64,000 bases of DNA from Tubiluchus corallicola (Eukaryota > Animalia > Priapulida). The notes under the pieces are model-generated. The model was not told the DNA's origin, ran no database searches, and worked only from the letters and a program-made list of their open reading frames with translations. The DNA lies in the NCBI GenBank assembly GCA_030141605.1, contig JAQGDQ010000386.1:1-64000 (forward strand), read 5' to 3'. Shown here piece by piece: positions 50,601 to 62,600 of this stretch (the stretch's first letter is position 1; the number at the start of each line of letters is the position of its first letter). The position numbers were made by a program, and so were the translations under genes.

Positions 50601-53600
50601 TTAGCACCTTACCTTTATTGGCAAACGTACTCGAGCAGCACACTTATAAACATCCGAGACAACCACAAGAATGTGTGCTGAATAATTTCTCTCGGGTAGC
50701 CCGGGAGGAAGAATACATGGGGGTGAAAAAGGATCAATACTGTAGTGCAGTAATGTTTCTGAAAATAGATTTTATATAATAAATAATATTGTATACAAAC
50801 AATAATTAACATTAAATTGTGAAGGCAAAACTATATTCATAATAAAAATAATAAAGATTAATATTTTTATAGATGTGCTTATTTTTACAATCAGAATATT
50901 GTAATTCTAAAATCGACATAGTTTTAGTACCATTAAAAAACATTTTAAAACAGACAAGCATGTTCAGCGACCCCAGCCATCCATTACAGGATTATTTAAA
51001 ACTCTCAATTTTACTATTTACAGTTGTCGAAACGGAGATTTGTATACAACATGTTTCATTACTCAAGTTTTGATTGAGCTGCATTCATGACCACAAAAAT
51101 CTTCATAATGCATTAAGATGATGCAGTTTTCCCATGTTCAGTCGAGAACAAACTACTAGCATTCAAATGGCGATGCAACAGATAGCATATATTTCTCTTA
51201 GTCTGCCTTTAGTCTGGCACAAAAACTTATGAACTACATTGGCAAGACCAAGAACAGACACGACTTTCTCTTCCTCCCACCCAAAACGAACAAATACAGA
51301 GTGATTATTCACAAATGGTGCGCACAAAGGTTTCTTGGTGTATTTAGAATAAAGGTTTGAGAGTGTTGCAAAATTATTTAGAAGATATTGTGTCTGTTCT
51401 TGGTACCATCAATGTGATTTATAAGTATTTTGCAGTACCACTGTGGCAATTCTTACATAGGGCAGACTAAGAGAAATCTAGGCTATCGAGTACATCAGCA
51501 TTTGAATGATAAAAGACTGATCTCAAATGAACATTAGCGAAAATGCATCAGCTTAATAAGAAGATTTTACATATTGCATTAAGCTGACGCAGTTTAGCTG
51601 ATGTTCAGTTGAGACCAAGCTATTAGCATTCAAATTATCATTCACATTAGCATGCACCAGTTAGCCTAGATTTGTCTTAGTATGCCTTATGTAAAAATCG
51701 CCACAGTTGTGCTGCAAAAATTTATAAACAAAATTACATGGCTTAAGTCAGAATTTGATCTGAGGAGGCACATTACATATATATCCTTCAGCCAAAGTCA
51801 AATCAGCAATTTGGAGAATTTTAAAACATAATTTAGTCTCACAATGAATGGCTGGAGTTGTAAGGGATGCCATTTTCCTGAACTGTCATGTATTGGGACT
51901 CCTTGGAGATTTTAATTCTAGAATTATTCTGACTTTGAAAATGATATAGGTACCCATCGAAACAATTTTAGATAATTTCATACTTTCTTATAGTATTGAA
52001 ATCAACCTGTGACAATGTACTGAATTATTTTATAATGAAATTTGACCTCAGTTCTGTACTTTTTAATCTATATTGCACTAGTCTTTCAGACTAACTTACA
52101 CCTTCTGTTTTATATAGTGCTTGTCAGACTACGTTTTGATTACGAGTTACTGCGTACATTCTTTTCAATTCAATTCAAAATTTTTATTTATCCACCTCCT
52201 TATGTTACAAAGGGTTTGAAACTATAGTCAGTAAATTATGTTAACGAACTAGAGATTGGAGTGGCAAAGGACGCAGTTATCGAGCAGCCACCCCTACATA
52301 AATTATTTTTAGATACCACAGCTTTTTAAATTTAATGTATACGAATATGTTGTGTCGATTAATTGTGCTACTATCTGTTGTGAATTTAATATACTGTCTG
52401 ACGAGACAATAACTAGCTTTGCACAAATGAGATTAATCAATTTACTGATATTTTGAAGTTTATTGTTGGGCAAAATGAGCAAAATAAAGCAGCATAACAG
52501 AATTCATAGAAATACAGTTGCATGAAATGCAATAAAAATTAACCATGCAATATAAAATAAATTAAATAAACTAAAATAAAAAAAGAAATAAACTGAAACC
52601 AAACGTTACAATAACCTATAGTTAGAAACAAAAACATTAACAAGACCAGAATAAAAAGAAAAACAAACCAGAATCAGATTGTAATTAGAACGTCAGTTAA
52701 TTCGATGAAACAAAAATATGCAGATATAGCCTTGCATATTAACTTAATGAGATGAGCTAAAATTTGCATGCTTAACATTGTTACCATGCAATAATAATGA
52801 TGATGATGATGAAGATAATGATGATGATGATGATGATAATAATAATAATAACAATAATAATAATAATAGTAGTAGTAACAGTATTAATAATTAACAAATG
52901 CAACAGGAATGAAAGCACAGTAAATTTACCACCAGAATGATCATATGCTGTCCAGTTTGTTAAATATTCATCTTATATCTGATAATTATGTAAATTAAAT
53001 AAGGAGTAGTGATACCTATATATGAGTATCTATATTTCTTTTTGTGTGTATAATTCCTGTGTTGGGACTAAAAGTCTAACGACTGGAATGTGTGCATTTC
53101 TTTTATTTATAATAATCAAAATAATTTTATACCATTTTTCCTATTTTGTTACGCATACTGTGTGCTATGCCATTTTTAGACTAAATTCAAAATTGATAAT
53201 TTAACACTCTACATTACCTTTGATGTTTCCAGTGTCAGCTCCGCTTTCATAAAAAAATGAATAAGTCAGCGGTTCATCTTCGTCTTCAAATCTTTCACAT
53301 GTTATTTCAAATTCTGTTTCCAAAGCATTTCCTTGACACAGACAAAGGTAAAACTCATCAATGCCAGTACAAGTTTTGCAGATAATAAAATGTGCAAACG
53401 ATTACGTAATAGCAAAACAATTTCTCACCAAGATTTTTCCACATTTTTTAGTTAGACGCAAATATGAAACTTCATTGGGTTTTTTGCACAGAATTTAATT
53501 TTTAACTAAAGTTGAAAAATAGTACACCATTACAAGTACAGTATAAAAACTGCTTACCTTCATCTGGCTTAACAACACAAGTTTTTTTAGTAGGAGGACC

Positions 53601-56600
53601 GTTTACAACAAACTTGTACCCACCAAACACTCCGCTTACATCAACTCTTCTTCCTAAAAAAACAATATCAGAATTTACAGGTCTAGTTTTTATTTTTGAA
53701 TACTGTCAAATAAATTGTATAAAGTACAATGCTACAAGTAATGCTGATAATATCTCAATGTTACTGCTATTAATGTTACGCATTAGTACACAATTGACAC
53801 ATGTACGCACTCATTAAAAGAACAATCAAGCCTTCTGGAAAGTTAGGCTTATTTCAATGTTTGAAAAAATGTTAGAAGGACACTAATAAAAGAGTGATAA
53901 GTTCAGATGTTATTAGTAAAATCACATTTCACATTCATGCTTTATAAACACTCTCTGTTGTGCTTTTCTAAGTTTAAATAATAAGAATAAAGTAAATCCA
54001 ACATGATGAGTGACTTGTCCTTTCCTTTAAGACGTTAACATAATAATTATTCAATTATGGTTAACATTTGCGTGCAAAGTAGGTTTTAATCAGCGTTTAT
54101 TTTCTTCCTTGTGTTCAAAATAAAGTGGATTATTCAGCAGGTATTTTCTTTAATGTTAGAGTAACTGGTGAAAAAATTGCTGTTTTGCCTTTACTCTTAA
54201 AATGGAAAATAAAAACCAGTATTTCGATATACGGAATTACAATGTGCTTAACAGAAAGTAAAAATCAATATTTCGATATATGGAATTACAATGAGCTAAA
54301 CGGAAAGTAAAATCAATATTTCGATACATGGAATTACAATGTGCTAAACGGAAAGTAAAATCAATATTTTGATACATGGAATTACTATGTGCTAAATGGA
54401 AAGTAAAAATCAATATTTCGATATATGGAATTAATACCGAACCTTCAGCTTTAATCTTATAAAGAAAATCCTTGACCAAAACATTTTCTTTCGGGATAAT
54501 GAGGACTTGTGTGCCAGCAGATGCTGTTGTATAAAACTCATCAGAGACGTCTCTACTTTCAGTTACTGAATAGATGCTCCAGGTAAAGTGAAATGGCTCG
54601 GCATCATTCTTGCAGTTTGTGCAAACAGCGTGTAGAGCTATCTTTTCTCCCGCATTCACTTTGTGCAAGCAGTTCCTCAAACACCTTTAGAACAACAGGC
54701 CAGATAAAAACAAAATAAAAAAGATTATATCAAAACAAAAAGCACTCAACTTTGCACACACACAAATAATTAATACAAAACTAAAGTAAACATTTTCTCC
54801 GTACTAATCACCAATCATCATTGAGTACAGTTTCCTATATGACGCTCACATTACTACAATTTACATGTTAACTAGCCAGAGAATTTTTAAAATAAACTTT
54901 GAATTAACAAAAATATTCTCAAAAGATTGGTGCCATTAGAATACCTAATTTCAATAGTTGGTCTTTCTCCTGGTAAAGCAATTATTTCTTGCTTGGCTAT
55001 GACGGCAGTTCTGCCTTTTCTTCCAAATGACAGAGCAAAAGTCAATGTTATGTCCTGAGGTAAAGATCTAGGAGGAATGGTAATAGCTGATTCTGAAAAA
55101 CGACAAAGCGTACTATTAACAACAACAACTTAAAAGTTAGAATATCATCTCTTGTTTGGTCTTCATCCTTGCGCTTTCACAATACAATCAAACCTCTTCA
55201 TGACACCTCCGTTATACCGCCAAACATGTTTACCGCCTGCAAAATGGTCAGGAACGAAACAGCTGTATTCAACTGTATATAAAAATAACCCGTTATACTG
55301 CCTTCTGTTACCTGCCATAAGCCACGGAAATATATATATATATACATGTTCAATAGGAAACACTATCAGCAGTCTCAACTAACAGCAGAGACTTCTTGGT
55401 ATAATGCCAACTGTACAAGGCTGATATACGCTCCGCTGAGTCATAGACACTAGTCAGATATCACGTGTCGTATAGACTAATGCCAGTTACTGTGTTTGAA
55501 AGCTGTACCATACAATGTACATCGCTCATGTAAACAAAAACTTCTTAATAAAGATGAATGATTTTGAGTGAGTTGTTAATTCACAGATGACTAATTTAAT
55601 AATTTTGTTTTAATTCATTAACTCTTAGAGTGAAAATTGAGGACTCTAATCTGTGTAAATTGGACTGACTGTTGTGATTCATCTAGGGGAAAATTTAACA
55701 CACCTCGTTATAATTCAGACTTTTTTCCGATCAAAAAGCGGGTAGTATAAAGAGGATCGACTATATGCATAAATCACCATTATTACACTGTTAATTGTAC
55801 GCAATTAAAAAACACAAACTAAATTATGTTCTAAACTTGTTTAAATTGTTGACATTGAAAATGGTTGTTTGCGAGGGCAGCTAAAAAGACATGTTTAAAC
55901 AAAATACTTAGCTATAAAAATGTATGTAACATTTGAGATGCAAAAAATTAAATATATTAATAGTAGCTTAAAGGCAGAAATTTCGTTACTTTTTAAGCAC
56001 TACTACTGTAGCATTTTCAGATTGACATGCAATGCTAAATGACAAACCAGAAATAGATACCGTCGTATGATAACGTACAGCGCTTCCTTGTTAAACTCCG
56101 CTAGCCACTTCATGTACATGATGTGCAAATACTTAAAGAGCAGTAAAAATGAAAAACATCACCACAATTTAAGAATCACAATCAATTCATAATTTTAGTT
56201 CATAATCGTTGCAAAAATTTAAAAGGTTTAATTACTCATACCATTAAAAGGAAGGAGAGTCACACTATTATCAAAACATCCTGGGAGATTAGGATCAGGA
56301 ATGCGGCCTGTACCAACATAGCAGTACCATATATACCTTAAATAAATAGTCATTAGTGTTACTTATTTATAAATTGCTAACTTAATAAAATTTATACAAT
56401 GCTAAGAAATCTGTCTGCAAGTAAATAGACAGTTTCGCTTGAATTGTCACATTATTTTACAAGTTTATAGTGATGCTATTACATTTTGTTAGATCATAAA
56501 TATCAAACATTGTAAGACCTGCTTTGAAATCAGATATAATTCCCAATAGTTATACGATACTTACAATCATTGTGAAATTCATATTTAAATGATTGTTTAA

Positions 56601-59600
56601 CAAAAATCCAACAAATAGTGAAAATTGTTTATTTGTTCTTACATGTATGGAGGATCAACATGATTGGTGTGATTTATACCATAAACAAATTCGTGATACG
56701 TATATCGATCAGGCTGCTTGTTGTTTGCTTCATTTACGGTTTTGCTAGCATAGTATTCATCACTCTCATGTCCAAAACCAAAGTCATCATCGTTATCCAT
56801 ATTTAGATGAGCCCAGTGTTCATGCCCAGGGTCGCTGTATGGAGGATAGTCAGGATCATACGACGCAGAACCATTTATCACAAAGCTTTGATTCCAATTG
56901 ATATATCTGACGTCACCTCCTCGCAAAATTGGCATTAATTCTGAGGGATATATAATGATCCAACCCTAGATAATACAAGTATAGGCACAAATTAATATGT
57001 TTTGCATCAATTTAAAACAGTAACATGCTTTTTTGTAATTAAGATATGTATCATTTTACACGTAGAATGGAGAAACTAGCACAGAGTTTTGTACTAATAA
57101 AATTTAGTAATTGTATTATTGTGTTACCGAAGATATTAAATTACTCAAAGTGGAGTTTAATATTTCTTAGAAAAGGTTGAAAAAAACTGCGCAATTCCTA
57201 AAAGAGAAATGTACAGCAAATCAACATGAAAATATGTCACATGCCAAAGACTACATGAATAAAATTAACATGAATTAAATCACCTTGTGCGTATTTTTCA
57301 CAACATTTTCTGTCTGTTCAGATGACACTGTCAAACGTATGACATATGTCCCTGGTCGCAGGAGCTTGGAAGGTACTATAAGATAGTGGAGAGACACATT
57401 AACACTTTTAGGCAGCTTAATTAAATTTGCCCAGGATGGAACAGGGTGATCTTCAGATATGCGAAAGATGTGCCATTCATACCGCAACTGAACTTTCCTG
57501 GTGCAAGTGTCATACACTATTGAGGACACTATGAATTCGTCACGAACTCTAAACTTTGGTGCTTCGCTACGATTATAACCAACATTAACAAGATTGATGT
57601 TAGGCAAGCAATCATCTGGATTGTCAAAAATGTTAAAGGTGAGAGATGCATTCCAGTAAACCCAGCCTTCGATAGAGCTACGTGCAGTTACCATGTATGT
57701 TCCTTTTTTAGCATAAGAGTGACTGTATTCACACGCCACTCCAGGGATGGTTTCACTAACAGCAATACCTAAAATTTTGTGAGCACATGCAGATGTTTCA
57801 TTAATAGGAATAAACTTTTCATGATCATAAGTGAATGTGAATTGATCACCCATGTCCCACTCAAACACGACATCTCCAAAAGTTCTGGAGTCATTTGAAT
57901 ATATGAGAAAGCAAATAGCATCACCAGTGTCATATGCAGGTAGATGCTCATCCTCTTCTGTCTTCTCCTGGAGTAGGACCAAATTTCGAAACTTATCTGA
58001 AATAGTTGCATTTAATAAACTGGAGATTACAAACTATCCTTAAAAAGCACAACAGTTGTACTTGATGGTTTAATCTATAACAGCATAACAACATAATTTA
58101 ATCTTCTAATACAGGACAGTTGTATCTTAACCAAGCAGAAAATGCTACTAAGATGTGACCAGCACCTTAATTTGGACATGGATCTCTCATGTTTCTAAGC
58201 AATGACGTAAGTCGTCACCATTGCATCAAACGTGTCTTCTTATATTGCACGCGTTTTTGTATACATTGTTCTACACATAGTTTATTTAATATAAACTCAT
58301 TCTAAACACATTGTCATTAGAAACGTATTTGTACATCATGAACTCATTATCAAATGTTTAATATGTAGAAGCTCTATCTCTGTTGGATTGCCAGCGATTA
58401 AAGTTTAAACACAGCAAACAATTTTTGGGTACTTAAAATTTTACACTATCTATTAAAAACTACATGATATTAGTAAGTATAGTATTCGGTGCTACTAAGT
58501 TAGGTTATATCTTTCCTGTAAAACCAAATGCTCAAGGACAGGAAAACACACGAAACAAAAGCAGTTAATTTGGACACAATGTGCAGAAAAGCAAAAAACA
58601 GAGAATGCTTCAGGAAACAAAAATGCATACAACAAATTTGACATTACTTGAGCGTTAGTGATTTCACGTAACAAGTTTGACACAACAGCCGATCAGCGAC
58701 CGAAAATGAATCACGTGGTACAGTTAGAATTCTGTTTCACATGCGTCTTTTGTTTCTTGTCTGCGAGATACATACCATCTGTGTGTGTGCATTCAGTAGA
58801 AAAACCATTCAGTAGAAAAATGATACAAAACAACTGGAAACAAAATTGTTTATCGTTTCTCGTTTTCTACCCTCCATGTAAGAGTGGCTCAAGATATTAC
58901 TACAATTATTTCAAATTACGAGATAAACTGAATGAAAATCTTTGCTTAGTTGAAACAAAGTTTAAAAAGTCAACTATTTCATGCTTACATACCAACATCA
59001 CATAAAAAGCCTATAAAGCCTTTTCTGCATGTACAGTTGTAGCCACCAGGGAAGTTAGCACAAGTACCACCATTTTTGCAGGGATCATTCACACATTCAT
59101 CTATGTCTGCAAAAATAGATAAATTTACTAAGACGTGGATTTATATTAAATCAATTACCACCTAACAAGAAATGCAATAATTCTTTTATTCATTTAGGTT
59201 CCAACACTATTGACAGTAAACATAAGAAAATATTTAAGATGTTTTCGTTTTTCTTAAATCTACCTTTTGCGATTATATTTCAGCAAAATTAAAGAATGGA
59301 ATGATAAAAAGTGCAGAAAACTTAAAAAATTTGTACTATAAAAATTTGAGCACAATCGTGTAACTTCTAGCCATTAATGTTTTGAAAAGAGAAAGACGTC
59401 TGTTTCAGAACTGACTATAAAATAACTTTTTCCTAAATTGTTTTTACCTAGGTAAGTAAAGATATCTCCTGGTATTAGGGCACCTAGAACAAATTTCAAT
59501 AGAATTTTTCCCTTCAGATTCTGTTAAAATATGGCTTCAGGTGCCTTCAACAAAAAATTTGCCAAAATCAGGATTGGTACTTTTGAGAAATACAGACAAA

Positions 59601-62600
59601 GCTCTTTATTAATTCATTATTTATTACTTAATCAAAAGCTACAATACATATTAGTAAACGGATACAGTGTGAACAAAGAAAAAAGCAAATAATACAATGC
59701 ACGTGCAAACAATGGGTGACAAATACTGTCTACTTTGGGGCCACCTAAGTTGGTATTAACCGAGTCTGGCATTTAGCAAAGTGCATTAATACATACATAT
59801 AAACATAAACATATATGTCTATGCAAATATAGATATTTTTTTGCCAAAAATCTGGGCATTCAGCGAGGTTGGCATTATAAGGGGAGGCATAATAGTGAAA
59901 TTTGACAAGTTTTTGAAATTCACTGGTACACTTTCCAGTCAATAACACACATTTTCACCTAGGCCTGATGGTTTAGGTGATATAACGGATTGTTGGCTCT
60001 AATAGGGGCCATCTTGGATTTATGCGTATATCTCAAAAGCACGAATCGCGATTTTGTGGACGATTTTTTGTTGAGGATACCTGAAACGACATTCAAACAT
60101 TCTGAAGAGAAACTTCTACTCAAATTTTAGGTTACTTGTTATCTTTACCTGCCTAAAGGTGCAAATTTATTTATTATTCACAGCCAGGCTTCCGATTAAA
60201 ATGAAAGTTATAGCGGTTTATTTATAGTGATTTAGATAGTCGACAAGGAATGATCAGGTGGTTCTGCAGATCTGAGACATTAAAAACAGCAGTAAAGCAA
60301 AAAAATTGTAAAACTTCAAATGGTCATACCTTTCAGTTTGTATGTATTTTTCTGTTTTTTCTACCATTAATGAAAAAATTTATTGTGTGAGACCAGGGGT
60401 GTAGCTCAATGGTAGTGTGCTCGCTTTACACCCGCGAAGTCGCGAGCTCAACTCATGTCCTAGTGATACCAAAAGTATGAAAAATGGCATCGCTAATTTT
60501 TCGATCGAGCACATGGGTTTTTTGAAATAACGTGCGGTAATAATAACCGGGACCATGCTAAAAGTAACTAATGAGTAGTCCCTGTGGTGCATCCTAATGA
60601 AATTGTTATTTTTATTATTAGTTGGACCAACGCTTTCGACATATATGTACGTAATAACTTAAAACTATAGTAGATAAGAAATTTACCCTCACTACAGTTC
60701 CTTCCTGTATATCCTAGTGAACATGTACACGTATAGCCATTCAAGTGGTCAGTACATAAACCATTCAAGCACGGACCATCCAAACAATCATCAATATCTA
60801 AAAACCATTGTGTATATTGTACATCACACAATCAAAGATAAGAATACTAGTTTATAAAAAATATGGAAAAGCATGAAACAGTCCATGTTTGCAAAATATG
60901 AAGAAAAACTAAAACTCCTTAAACACTAGTAACTATTTAATCGAGATTTCCGTATGTGTTCTGTGAAAGTAGTAATTAAGCACTAATGAAACACAAAATG
61001 TATGTTTTGTACATCATTTACCACAGCTGTAGAAGTCAAAAATAAAATGAAAACTAAATTTAAAACCAGCAAACATAAACCCACTTTCAGGTAAAATGTT
61101 ATTCTTATTGTTGATGTAGTCACTATTACATTTTCACATTGGTTTTTAACATTGGTTATTGACATTGTTTTTAACATTGATTTTTAACAATGGTTTTTAA
61201 CATTGGTTTTTAACACTGGTTTTTAATATTGGTTTTTAACATTGGTTATTGACATTGTTTTTAACATTGGTTATTGACATTGTTTTTAACATTGGTTTTT
61301 AACATTGGTTTTTAACATTGGTTATTGACATTGTTTTTAACATTGGTTTTTAACATTGGTTTTTAACATTGGTTATTGACATTGTTTTTTTTCTTCATGA
61401 CTTCATGCTGACAGACATGTCTGTGATGTAGCAATTTACTGCAGTGTGTCATATCAAACATCAAAATATTATGGAAAAAAGCATCAGGCATCAACAGGCT
61501 AGAAGTTCTGACCACTTAAAAATATTCAGAACGCGATTTTACAATTGTATATCATTCAACTGAACCGATCATCGCAGGTCAGTTGATGGACCTTCCTCAC
61601 GGCTGCGCGTATGCATCAGTGATAAGCAGTAAAACTGTGTTGCTATTAATGCTGTTATCATAACTACAATTGCTGACTTCACAGAATCTACATAACATAA
61701 CAATCACATTAAATTTACAATTCAAGATTTAACATTGTTCAATTAACCCTTTTTAATTTTGAGACTTTAAACTTAACATACAACAATAAGAATCAGTATC
61801 CTACTGCTTAAACGCAAAAAAGAGCAACATTTACCTATTTCACAGTGACGACCTGTACAACCGGGTATGCATGCACAGGTAAAGTTATTAACAGCATCTA
61901 TGCAGGTGCCTCCATGCATACAATAAATGTTCTCACAGTCATCAATGTCTGAAAGTATTAAAATTAAAAGTAGACGCCATCGTTTAACAAAGGAAAACAG
62001 AGTTTTAACGCCACAAGATCGTATAATCATAATCAATAAAATCACTGTTAAAACATATTTAACCACATAAAACATATATAATAATTATTATTATTATTTT
62101 GTCTGATGTATAGATCGCCGCAAATGGTGCCGCCGTCGAAGCTGTAGCCTCGAATCTTATATATATATAAAGCCCATACCAGCGAAATTAATATATAGAC
62201 TAGCAAAGGCCCCGCAAAAGATTTTGCGTATAAATACACGTGTAATCAATAATACGCGAACGTCCTACCTAGTCCTCATGTACAACGAAAGCCCGTAACA
62301 TCATGCCTACTGTTTGTTTAACTAATGCAAAGCCTGTAGCTTTTACTGAATTAAACTTATAGGCAGAGTACAGCAGGCAGCTTTTACTGAAGCAGAGTAC
62401 AATGGATGACGTCAGCACAATGGAATGCATCAGCAGTTTTCTAAGCGAAAATTGTCGAAAAATTGCCGAAAATAGAACACCTAATTAACTCGTTGATACT
62501 CCTCTCGGTGGACCTGCCCTAAAATATAACCCACATCATCGTGTTGCCCAGTTCTTCCTCTTTCTAAAGAGCTATATATCTCCTTCCGAGAGCTTTAACG

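Noticed and set aside
60395-60470. Functional tRNA gene
   Set aside because: B box and acceptor stem are degenerate and the sequence continues into a SINE-like body
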